From NCBI RefSeq assembly GCF_018977255.1, contig NW_024704742.1:55120001-55184000 (forward strand): DNA of 64,000 bases, in the 5' to 3' direction. The notes beneath the pieces were generated by a model that saw only the letters and a program-made list of their open reading frames with translations, did no database searches and was not told the DNA's origin. The position numbers were made by a program, and so were the translations under genes. This stretch comes from Callorhinchus milii. Lineage: Eukaryota. Positions 53,020 to 64,000 of this stretch are shown here, one piece after another (position 1 is the stretch's first letter; the number at the start of each line of letters is the position of its first letter).

Positions 53020-53431
53020 AACAACAAATTACATTTATATAGCACCTTTCACGTCAGAAGGGAGTTCCAAGGCCCTGGACAGTCAAAAGTTTGCACTTGA
53101 GCTGGGGTTTGGAATCAAGAGGGGTGGGAGATGACCAAAGGCATTGTCAAAGAGGAAGGTCTTGAGATGGGCTTTGAAGGCGGTAAGGGAAGGGGCAAAG
53201 CAAAGGGACTCCAGAGTAGAGTTCCAGAGGGTGGAGGGAGAAAAGATGAAGGCCAAACTGTCAACAATGGGGCAGGTAGGGCAGCTGATGTGAAGCAGCC
53301 CAATGCTCAACGAGCAGAGGGAGTGGGCAGGTTGGTAAGGTTTTAGCAGGTCGTAGTGGTAGGGAAGAGCAAATCTGTGGAGGGTGTTCAAAATGAAGAC
53401 AAGGATCTTAAAATTGATCCTCTGTGAGGGA
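53020..53431 (-). mobile_element. L2-clade LINE 3' end
   Basis: RINFKILVFILNTLH...AFKAHLKTFLFD plus the same tail. Confidence 0.87.
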
Positions 53432-53752
53432 TACACTTGAAAAAAGTTTTACATAAATATTTCATTTTGATTTATCAATCCATTGGGGAGGATATGAAAG
53501 AATTATTGACTCACTGGCGAGGGAGAGGTTAGGACAGTAATATGAAAAATGTAATTTGAATTAAAAATCTAGTAGGTTGAGAATTCAATCACACCAAGGT
53601 GGGTTTTTTGGGACAAAATAAGCAAAAAGAATGGAATTCAGTAGTTTTCCTTTTAAGAGTTATTTCCAGTCACACCCACAGTACAAGTGTACGCCCATCA
53701 ATTCCTACTTCAAAGAATAAATACCTATCCTACAGGCAATTTTAGCTCTGAC

Positions 53753-54095
53753 AATAATACTTGCATTTGATATAGCGCCTTATCATGTCTTTGAGATGTC
53801 TCAAAGTCTTTCACAAAATATACTATAAAGTGAGTTTTGTGGGTGAAACATGGCAGCCAATTGCGCAAAGCAGTGTCCCATAAAAAGTTGTGGATTGAGT
53901 GACCAAATTATTATTATTGAAGGGATTATTGCCCCTGGAAAAATGATCCACTGATTGACTAACAATCAGGTTCCTACGTATTGGTAAGTAAACAGAGGTA
54001 AGGAAACTTGCCTAAAGTTTCGCCCTGCCCAGGAATCAAACCCAGGTCCTCTCGCTTGTGAGGCGAGTGCTCTAACCAATATGCTACAGAACTCC
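53753..54095 (-). mobile_element. SINE, long form
   Basis: Same architecture as 30663-31031. Confidence 0.86.
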
Positions 54096-55494
54096 ACAAT
54101 CAAAATGGGAAAGATCAAAAAATTCATAAAGTGCTTTCTTGGGAATATTTACAGTATCTCTGCCAGAGTATGTCAGAAAGTTCTTAGCAACACACTAAGA
54201 CACAAATATGAGGCGCAGTGAATTGATCAAAAAAGGAAAGTGTAAATTGGACCAGAATGAAAGACTTATTCCCTCAGGTGTTACTCATTAGTGAGTGGTG
54301 TTATTTAACCAAGGACTAGAAAGACTGGAGGTCACCAAAATTTAGTTAAACTATTCACGTTCCTCCTTAATGTTATCCCAAAGTAAAGTTGTCTCTTGGT
54401 CAGAAATATTCAGGAAAATCTGTAAAACAATTTTCCCTTTGGAAAAGTATTCCAAGGCCTTTTGCAGAGAGCATTCATTAGTACAATCTATGGGTATGAT
54501 TTTCCAGATGTATATGCCAAAGAAAGGAAAGTTTGAACAAGCTTGGCAAAAGAACATCATAACTGAGTCAATTCTCTGTGGTGATCTGAGTAGTACGGTC
54601 CCTGAATCAGGCGGGTCCACAGTACTCCAGGATACTACTGTTGAAGTTTTGGCTCATCAACAGGACTTGGAGGGGCAGACGGGTCACTGGGGGCAGGGAT
54701 TCTTCTCACCCAGCTCCTCCTAACCCTACAACCCAAAGACCTAACAGGTAGAGCCAACCAAATTGTTCAAGCAACAGGAAGTTTGCCACAGGGTAGTTTC
54801 AATGCCAGCTTTGCAGTTTAACTGGTTAAACTCCAGCAGAACTCACCAACCAGCATCTAAAACTCTCTGGAATTAGGTAAACAGGCTGTATCCCGTTGGG
54901 GAGAGAGTGCACATTCAATTCCAGACATAGGAATTTATAGGTGTAAGTGGCACACATGGAACTTAGTCTGGTTTGGATACCATTAAAAATGGTGATGGGC
55001 TTCTGCACATATCAGACTGGCTGACCAAACCTCATTCTCAAACAAAAACAAAGGGAATGTAATAATTTAAACCTTTCAGGTGACATTTGAAATTCACTCA
55101 GAGCTTAAAACATGGAGGTCATTTGATCTTTCAAGTTCACTGTGCTATTTGATTGATTCACAGCAACACAACAGAATTTTCCATAGTCGTGCTGAAAATT
55201 CCCCGGCAGAGGTTGAGGAGGATCGATATCATTGATGTTGCATTGAAATGATTTAACTGCAGAGGACAACAAAATTGGGACAATCACATGAGTTCATGTG
55301 CTCAAAGAGGTGCTTAAAGCTGAAGCTGATAATCACCATTGAAATTCCTTCATTTAACAAAATGAGTACACTGAAATGACAGTGGGGGATCCTGAGCAGT
55401 GAAGACCATGCATATTGCTCCAGATCACTGACTTACAAGTGACATGTAGAGAAAGCATGCCATATAATGGACCATGAAGTAGAAACTATGGATT

Positions 55495-55771
55495 AGAAAT
55501 TAAACTGAGGTCCTGTCTGCCTATTCAAGTGGACATTAAAGATCCCATGGCATTATTCGAAAAGAGAAGGGAGTTTGTTCTTGTGTCCTGGTCAACAATC
55601 CCCCAAATAAAATTGGTCATTCATTTCATGGTTGTTTGCAGGACATTGTTGTGCGTAATTGTTTGTCATGTTTGCTTATAAATACAGTCACTCCACTTCA
55701 ATAAATCCCATGAGGTGCTTGGAGATGTCCTGACATAAGGTGCTATACCAAATGCAAGGACTATTATTATA
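55495..55771 (+). mobile_element. Older Deu-like SINE, 3' part
   Basis: aaactgaggtcctgtctgcc...ggacattaaagatcccatggc...aaatgcaaggactattattat. Confidence 0.7.
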
Positions 55772-56121
55772 AGCAGAATAGGTTGTCAAACAGTCAGGTT
55801 AGCCACTGAGACAACAGAACTCAACATTGCAACTAAATTTATTCCAAAAGCTAGAGCCTAGCTAGCAGCCAAATAAATTTGGATGGACTATATTCTGGTG
55901 TACCTGGTAAGAATGTGATACCAGATAGTCAGTAACCATATTATTCATTGGTATCCTGAACCCACCTTTAAATCTGAGATTATAATTTCACCCTATAAAT
56001 ATGACACCACTTAATCATGAAATCATCAACTGTACTTGCATTTAAAACATTCCCAAACATTGCATTCCTGCCCAAAAAGAAAAACAGCCCCCAAAAGTTT
56101 CATTATCATATTAATACTTAC

Positions 56122-58371
56122 CCTAGCAGTAGGAAGTTGAGATTGTGAACCAGCATGAGAAACTGAACCACACTGGGGAGCCAGGGAGTCCTCGGAGGTG
56201 GAGCTATCATGCTGTGAACTTGCTGTTTCAATAGACATAGTCACCTGATGCTCGGTTTGTATCCTCTCAATTCCATCACTTATAAAGGTTTCACTAAGCT
56301 TATTATTAGCCACAATGGAAGTAACATGCGAAGATCTAGGTCCTTCTTTGGCATCTACTCCAGGAATAGAAATTGGGACTCTTCTGGTTTGGGTTCTGTT
56401 AATTCGCCCAGACAAATTTGTGCTATGGACTTCAGCCTTGCCAGAAACAGGTGGTTTGCTAACAGTGAGAGATTTCTGAATGACCACTCTCTGAAATTTC
56501 AATACAGGCTTTGGTTTGATTGATGGTTTCGGATGTTGTTCATTTTTCAAGCTTTTTGGTGAATGACACGAACATGAAGACTGAATGGAAGAGATGGAAA
56601 CAGTTGATCGTGGAGAGGATTTACATGAACCCCCTGCTGAAGGGGACCTGGTATTTTTTGTTGATGTCTGCTCAGATCTGGATACAACTTTGGGCTTGAC
56701 ATTATTAAAATTAGGTTTGGGATAATTTTTGATCTCTACTTTTGTAGCTTTGGCTTTCATAGTTGGGCTAGATTTGGTTATTTTAAAAGGTGGTTTCTCC
56801 TCAGAGATATCTGTGTTCAGTTGTTGTGCCAAGTTTGTTGGAAGTGTTTCTTCTTCTATTGTAGAGATAGGGCAGCCATTCACATCAACAAAATATTGTG
56901 CATCCTGAATTGGTGGGCTGAAGAAAGTTTTGGACTCTACCAACGGAGTTGATGTTTGAGAATATCGATACCCAAATTCCTGAACTGTTGGACTGAGAAC
57001 CAAAAATGTTCTATCGAAACTCTCCTCAACAGCTATTACTGTATCATTCATACTGTGGGTTTCTTCAGGGTTCAGTGCCAACTCTGAGCAGATCAGTTCA
57101 GGGTTAGGATTTAAGTCCACATCAGCTTCAATTCTTCCCAGCAAGTAGGTAGTATTCATTTCTGACATTATTGGCTTCTCACAGGTTACGTTTTCATATA
57201 CTTCACCTTGAGTTATTCCAGCATCAAGCCTTTCAAAACCCAATTCTTGACAAGATTGAGTTTCCACTGTTAGCTGTTGAGCTTGAGTTTCTTTGACTTG
57301 ATATTTTCCACGTTCACCTGTACAGGAAGAGTCTGGAACGCTGTGGCTATCTTGATCCTCCTTACAGCAATCATTTTGACAGCAATTAAGACACTTTGTT
57401 GCACTCGTACTCCAATTTGTCAATTTTTTTGGCAAAAGCAATTTTTCAACTTTATCCAGTTCATAATCATGATTTAGCAACACTAATGCACACTCTTTAT
57501 AATTAAGATAATTTGTCAGTGGTGCTTCCTGTTCAATTTTCTCAATATCACTTGAACATTCAAAGACATTTGATGACATTTCAAGGGATCCAGCAGTATT
57601 ATCAAATGTAACAGGAAATCCAGAAGTTTCAATAGAGGACTCCTCAGTGCCGTATGTACTATTGCTTTTCATCTCAAATTTGGATGGTAGTGCTAAATAT
57701 TCCAGACTATATTCCTCATCAAATTGTATCCTGTTGCCTCCATCATTCCTATTTCTAGAACACTTGAAATGGTTTTCTAGAATATCTTTATCTTCTTTAT
57801 CTTGTGCAACATGTGCTCCATTTTTGACACATGGGTTGATTCTTTGTTCCAGATCAGCTATGTGGTATTCATTTAAAGCTTGTGCTTCATTTCTGACAAG
57901 GCTGTTCTGTTGGTTTTCTGGAATACGCAGAATGTGCTCAGCTGTTATGTTAATATCTTGATTAAAAATTCCAGTCATGGATTGATTGGCATTATCTGAA
58001 GAGGTACTTAGCATCTCATCACTAATGTACACTCTCTGCTCACTATCAAAGCCTCTAAACATTTCCAATTCTGTTCTGCTTATATTTGGGACTCTGAAAA
58101 TGTTTTCTTCAAAAGTGGCTTTTTCATCTTCCATGGTTATATTATAGGGTGTAATCACAGCATCTAGATTTACAGAGTTCCTATTATTCAACAAGGCGGC
58201 ATCATGGATAGTTTCCTGAGATTCTCTGGTTTTGTCATCGACTCCATTGCCATTTTGATCATCAATAAAAATCAGTCGATGAAAGTCATTTTCTATCTCA
58301 ATATCCGAGCATTCTCCACAAGTATATGTGCTTTGTTGATTGGGCTCAATGCTCATTTTACAGATTTCCAT
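56122..58371 (-). CDS. MTUS1: MTUS1 large first coding exon (ATIP3-type N-terminal region, 750 codons)
   Basis: Long open frame. Motifs resemble human MTUS1 as recalled: IENDFHRLIFIDDQNGN vs IEDELQTFFTSDKDGN, TSTPLVESKTFFSPPI vs MSTPVLEPTKVTFSVSPI, KVEIKNYPKPNFNNVKPKVVSR vs KTEIISYPRPNFKNVKAKVMSR. It ends at donor AGG|GTAAGT (phase 0, intron starts 56121). First in-frame ATG is at 58371; an alternative ATG at 58356 has an A at -3. Confidence 0.92.
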
Positions 58372-58600
58372 TGAAAGTATAGATTCCAAATCAGCAGAAG
58401 GTCATCCTCATTTGAAACACAACAGCAGATTTAATAGTACACGAGCAGAGTGTTTGTTAGAATCAGCGTTTAGCAATTTGAATTTCTCTAGAGTCCATAT
58501 AGTAGAAGGATGGATTCTTGTCTAGTAGTTAAAAAGCAAATGCAATCTTCTCCACTGCGTAAACATCAGGAAGTTTCTTTCCTTTTGTGGTGTATAAGAA
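58372..58600 (-). other. MTUS1: 5' UTR part of the large MTUS1 exon, containing three short uORFs
   Basis: Strong acceptor cccctgtttctttcAG| with the exon starting at 58600. uORFs at 58566-58522, 58498-58463 and 58411-58391. Confidence 0.65.
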
Positions 58601-59172
58601 CTGAAAGAAACAGGGGAATTAATTACAATACATTCAAACTATCCAATGGATTTGCTAAAAATGCAGCTAATTATGAAACAAATTGCAACCGTTTAGCAGG
58701 CAGCTACACCCTTTCCCCTCCCTATGCTTTGAGTTTATGGATTTGTACATAGTAAGAGCTGGATTAAGATTTCTACTTTTTCTCCATGTATTTACAAGTT
58801 AATTTTTCCTGGAACCAAATCCATACTTTGCGCATTTACGACAACACAATACATTTCATGCTGGAGAGACATTGCCACACCCTTTTGATGCCTTAACTGA
58901 GAATATTACATCATCAAGCTAGTCAATCATGGGTCAACAGTAGTATATAAATCCTGTTCTTGCCCAATAATCACATATGCTAATTGATATTACTGTGCAT
59001 GTTGCCATCAAAACCAACTATCTACTAGGTGAAAGGCAAAAACAACAACCACCACCACCAAATTACATTTGGAGGGCATCACATCGGAGGACATCCCAAG
59101 AACCTGGACAGTCAGGGATTTGGACTTGAAACAGCCAAGGAGTTTTCATAATCAACTGCAACACAGTATTAA

Positions 59173-59234
59173 GTTTGGATCAGGTGGTGAAGTTGGGATC
59201 ATTCAAATGACCAACTTGACCACCTGATCCAAAC
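59173..59234. repeat. Near-perfect 62-nt inverted repeat (hairpin)
   Basis: Arms gtttggatcaggtggtgaagttgg and ccaacttgaccacctgatccaaac pair at 23/24 positions; the inner tcatt/aatga also pairs. Confidence 0.95.
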
Positions 59235-59859
59235 AATAAGAGTGGGAGACCCTATTTGAATAAAATTGATCACTGTATCAACTTTTTTTTTTACTTTGAG
59301 GAGCCAGTTTAATCATTATGGATTGTGGATAAAGTACATTTAGTGTAAGCAGCTCAACTCAAATTACATAGAAAAGTGGTTGAATTATAATATCAAACTT
59401 TGCAGCATTTTTCAGTGTTTTATTTTAAAATCATGATGCGGCTTCCCTCTTTGCTTTGAAAAACATACAATTGAGATGCAAAATTATTTGACTCCAGGGA
59501 TTCATCCTTCCATGAAATGAGGCACAATTCAATAATGATCAAGAATGAGCTGGGTAATGGGAAAATTCTCTGCAAGCAGTCATTGATCACATTTTAAAAC
59601 ACAAGTGTTCATATCTCTTACACAGCAAGTTAAATAGAGCCTAAGTAAAATGTGTTACAACTGTAAAGTAGACTTTTTACTGAATATCAAAATATCAAAT
59701 GTTTCTAATTCTTGAAGGGAGCCAGTAAATGCACCATGGGCCCTCTCTTCACCACTATAAAATTCTATGATTATCACTCCTTCAGCCCTAAGTGTGTTGA
59801 TAAATCCTCTGTGGGGGATGCTTCAAGCAATTTTTGCTTTTGAATGGGAAAGAGTGGGG

Positions 59860-61190
59860 CAATAACAACAACAAAATTACATTTGTATGGCGTCTCTCAC
59901 ATCGGGAGGACGTCCCAAGGCACTGACAGTCAAGCTTGGGGGTCGAGATTGGGGAGGGTGAAGGGCAAGGGGGGGAAGGAGGGTCGAAGAGCAGGGTCTT
60001 GAGATGGGTCTTGAAGGAGGCAAAGGAAGGGGGGAGGCGGAGGGACTGCGGGATGGAGTTCCAGGGGGTGGGGGCAGCGTGGCAGAAGGTCCGCCTACCA
60101 ATGGTGGGGCGAGCGAGGCGGGATACATAAGCAGGCTGAAGCCTTCTGAGCAGAGGCAGCAAGCAGGGTGGTAGGATATTAGGAGGACACAGAGGTAGGG
60201 GGAGCAAGACCATGGAGGGCTTTGAAGATGAGGACCAGGATCTTGAACTGTATCCTCGGTGTGATGGGAAGCCAGTGGAGTCGGGCGATGATGGGGGTGA
60301 TAGGGTCGCGGAGCCTGGTGCGGGAGAGGACAAAGGTTGTAGAGTTCTGGATTATCTGTAGTCTATGGAGGGAGGAGTTGGGGAGGCCGACAAGCAAGGA
60401 GTTTGCATAGTCAAGTCTCGCTGTTATGAAGGTGTATGAGGGTTTCGGCAGCCTGAGGTGTGAGACAGTAGCAGAGCCGGGCAATATTCTGGAGGTGGGG
60501 CAAGGCAGAGCGGTTCATGGCACAGGTGTGGGGTAGAACGCATAGTTGAGGGTCAAACAGGATGCCAATGTTCCAGACTGGCTTAGTAAGGTGCAGTGTG
60601 CAACCGTAGATGGTGATACTGTCAGCGCCTGAGGTGTGGGGGTGCTGACGGGAGCCAATCAGGAGAAACTCGGTCTTCTTGATGTTCAACTGAAGAAAGT
60701 TGGCTCTCATCCAGGAATTGATGTCTTGACAGACATTCTGTCAGGACAGCAGTGGTCCTGGAGTCAAAGGTGGAGGCAGAGAGGTAGAGTTGGGTGTCAT
60801 CGACATACATGTGTAAGTTGACTCCATGTCTGCAGATGATGTCACCAAGAAGGAGCATATAGATATTGAAGAGGAAGGAGCCAAGAACCCTGAGGAACAT
60901 CGCATGAGACGGTGCAGGATGAGGATAGAGTGGTCAACGGTGTCAAAGGCAGCAGAGAGGTTAAGGAGGCCGAGGAGGTAGAGGGTGCCCTGGTCGCAGA
61001 TGGACAGAATGTTATTTATGACTTTGACCAGGGTTTTTTCCTGTGCTGTGGGCAGCACGGAAACCCAATTGGAGGGATTTGCGAAGGAAATGGCCGGAGG
61101 GGAAGGAGTGAAGCAATGACTCATTCCAGGACCTTGGAGAGGAAAGGAAGATTGGAGATATGGTGGTAGTTTGAGAGTAGGAATGGGTCC
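59860..61190 (-). mobile_element. L2-clade LINE, 5'-truncated and decayed (ORF2 RT C-terminal half and 3' tail)
   Basis: Frameshifted RT motifs LLNLSAAFDTVDH, VLGSFLFNIYM, HMYVDDTQLY, FLQLNIKKTE and LHWLPITPRIQFKILVLIFKALHGLAP; (TTG)n-type tail. Confidence 0.93.
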
Positions 61191-62270
61191 AAGGGATAAA
61201 AGAGAAAAAGGAGCTCAGGTATAAAATAGGATCAACATGATCAACTGCCAGGCAACCCGTGATAGGAATTTATCAAGTGAATCACGCAAACCTTCAAACA
61301 TTTCACATCTGGAAAACTTAAGATTTTACCAAATGCCTTGAACATAAAATTTCCTTAAGATCAAATCGGGAAGAATCCAGCAAACAAATTCTGTATTTAA
61401 GCAGCAGATGGATGGAACAGAGGCTGGTGTGAAAGCACATATTGTCTTGGCATTGGTTTAAATTACAAACAGAGCAAAATAAGACAATTAGACAGCAGTC
61501 ATAGTCAAGAGCACAAAAACATTTTACTCAAGGAGACTACAGGCGTTAAGACATTCCATTCACTGACAAAACTGCTGTGGTATTGACAATTATGGAGAGT
61601 CTAGTCTGAAAGAGCTTAGCTCTTCAAACATTGCATTTGGATTTATCATCAGAGATTGAACAAATTCAGTAAGATTTATCACTGCAAAGCCTTTAATGCT
61701 GCCCAGGATTTATTCTACTATGAAAACAATCTACGAAAAAAATTTAACCCTCTAAAGTCTTGGTTCAGACCATTGATGTACAACAACATTCCCATGCAAT
61801 CAGCAGGCAAGACTTAAAACCAAGGACCAGAGGAAGCTCTTCATCCAGCACAAATAATTTGCACTGAAAAATATCAAACCCATTTTGAGTTTACAATTTC
61901 TCCCTGAAATTGAGTGTCTAAACAGTCAGATGTGACTAAATTAAAGTTTTAAGGTTTTTTTTAAAATCTGCATACTGAAAATTTAGTTATTCAATGGGAC
62001 TAAATTTAGAATTTAAATTGGGTTTAACTAGAGAACAATTTTGAGGCAGTACCTGGGATATGCTGCTCTTGAAATGGCATAGCTACAATATGGGCTACCA
62101 GCATTCTGGGCAACTCTAGTTCGAGAATTACTTATTGATTTACTTTGAGAACAACATTCAATTTTATGGAATCCATTCCTTCTTTAAAATGCAAAGCAAG
62201 CTGTTTTTTTTTAAAAAAAGTTATGTTTTTCCTCCAAATTTACTCAAGTCATTTGGTCAGTATCCTACAC

Positions 62271-62820
62271 CAAGATAGTCCAACCTTTTGGTTGTTGAGG
62301 GCTGGATGCTGGATTTGAGAAACATCCATGAGGCAACAAGCAATATTTTAGCCTTCCCTTCCAGAAACATAACCCATAAAAATCATATGGAAATCCTATG
62401 GTTTAAATTGTGTAACTGTATAAAGTAATTTCACTATATTTTATTTACAATGCAAACTCTAAATGTGCAACATGAAAATTCATATAAATTTTAAAACAAT
62501 AAATTATCAATATGGTACATAGCTGCAAGAATAATCATTAAATCCAGAGTAAACACTGAAAGTGAACAAAATAATTAAGTTAATTAAAATTTAAATTAAA
62601 ATAAAATTCTGTGGTTTTAAAATATGGAATACCTTTTTAAAATACTCCCACTGCGACTCTCTTCCTGTAGCTCACTACACTGTAGCTCCTCACAGAGACT
62701 GCCTGGAATAGAGGCGCAGCCGGGAGGTAAAGCAATAATAAAGTCTGAAATGTTCGCAGGATAGATTAAATCATCCCCCAGGCCTGACGCTGCCTGTGGG
62801 CCACCATTTGGCCTGTACTA
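62271..62820. mobile_element. Possible decayed hAT (Charlie-like) non-autonomous DNA transposon
   Basis: Left end caagatagtccaaccttttgg..gagggc and right end caggcctgacgctgcctgtgggccaccatttggc resemble hAT-Charlie subterminal motifs, around an AT-rich interior. Confidence 0.4.
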
Positions 62821-62848
62821 CACAATCGAATCTTTACCTTTTGCTAAT

Positions 62849-63283
62849 TTAATAATCTCTGCATTTGATATAGCACCTTATCATATCAAAATGTTTCAAA
62901 GCATTTTATAGAGTTGTACTGTAAGTGAAATGACTATTTGTGGGTGAATAAGGCAACCAATTGGCAGACAGCAACATTCCACAAGCAGCCATGAAACAAA
63001 TGAACAGTTTTGTACAGAATCTGGGGGATTGTTGGCCAGGACATCAGGAGGAACTCCCTCTACTTTCTTTGGTGGATCCTTAATTCCACCTGAACAGGGA
63101 GACAGGATCTTGGTTTAATGTCTCATCTGAAGGGTGGCTTTTCCAACAATGCAGCACTCCCCCAGCACTGTTTTGGAGTGTCAACCTTGGTTGTGAGTTT
63201 AAATTCCCCAACATGGGACATGTGCCCACAACCTTGCGACTCAGAACAAGAACGCAATGAGTAATGCCAGACTGACACCTGGC
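62849..63283 (-). mobile_element. Older Deu-like SINE
   Basis: Tail plus core similar to 23718-24130. Confidence 0.72.
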
Positions 63284-63486
63284 TTTGAGAGATTTACACA
63301 GCATATTTCAGAAACAGAGTTTAAGAGCATCCTGCGTGCAAACAAGTCACTCTGACATAAATGGGGTGGGGGGGAGGGGTGCGTTGGGAGACACCAGTGA
63401 AGGCCAGACGATCTGCCAAAACAATATTGCTCGCCAGTGTCCTGATTGCTGGGCTACAGGAGGTCACCACCTCCTGCCTCATCACC

Positions 63487-63614
63487 ATACACACACACAC
63501 ACAGCAGAGACGCACACACACACACACACACACACACAGACAGACAGAGAGAGAGAGAGACATATACACACACAGTCAGAGAGAGAGAGACATACACACA
63601 CAGACAGAGACACA
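63487..63614. repeat. Compound (CA)n/(GA)n microsatellite
   Basis: Alternating CA and GA tracts are directly visible. Confidence 0.95.
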
Positions 63615-63707
63615 CCGCAGTTATTTTTACAGGTGTTTGACGGCGGCATTTGTTTATCGCGGACGGTATTGTTTGTAGCAGATTCCGTGGAAAAATTACA
63701 GCCTCAC

Positions 63708-63900
63708 CTTTCTATTGGCTCAGGTTAACAAACTGGAAAGCAACTGATTTGGGAACGTTTGAGAATTTTCTCAAAGACCTCAAAACCTCAAAAACAAAGT
63801 TCTCAAAACCTTGAACCTTCTTTCAAGGTTCACTTTAAAATTAAAACTGCCTTCCTTTCAAATAAACTGTGAAATTTATAGCTTTTAGTTTTGATCAGTG
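63708..63900 (-). other. Possible upstream non-coding MTUS1 exon (5' boundary unknown)
   Basis: Strong minus-strand donor AAG|GTGAGG at 63708/63707 beside a locally CpG-enriched stretch (63614-63690). The large exon has an acceptor, so an upstream exon must exist somewhere. Confidence 0.3.
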
Positions 63901-64000
63901 GCAAACGGTTCGGCACCTTCATTCAGTGAAATAACTGGATACAAATAGCAATAATTCAAGTTTATGGGTGCAGAGGTTATTGGAAATTCCATGAAGATTT

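Noticed and set aside
56026..56121. C-terminal VSINMIMKLL...KYS of the 787-aa ORF (and its TTG start at 58389)
   Set aside because: This is intron read-through past the GTAAGT donor; the TTG start is an artefact of the ORF caller.
63285..63728. His/Thr/Arg/Glu-rich ORFs
   Set aside because: Translations of the (CA)n/(GA)n microsatellite.

Overview
This is eukaryotic (vertebrate) genomic DNA, not prokaryotic. The repeats (tRNA-headed SINEs with L2-like tails, L2 and CR1 LINE relics) point to a cartilaginous fish, plausibly a chimaera; the taxon is inferred. Most of the window is the 5' part of an MTUS1 (ATIP, microtubule-associated scaffold/tumour suppressor 1) orthologue on the minus strand. 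I can reconstruct six frame-consistent coding exons of the long ATIP3-type isoform: 58371-56122, 52354-52138, 38590-38381, 32965-32828, 30175-30074 and 2296-2058 (3156 nt, 1052 codons; the gene continues past the left edge). Two isoform-specific first coding exons also lie in the introns: an ATIP4-type exon with a transmembrane segment (35740-35533) and an ATIP1-type 40-codon exon (16891-16771) that is missing from the ORF track. The introns hold many SINE/LINE fragments, a GC-rich 26-28 bp minisatellite, several hairpins and probable DNA-transposon relics. I found no evidence of a wholly new multi-gene system. The most interesting items are the deep conservation of the MTUS1 multi-promoter architecture, a near-perfect 62-nt intronic hairpin, the minisatellite and several retroposon rearrangements. 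Protein similarities come from my recollection of human MTUS1, not from a database search.
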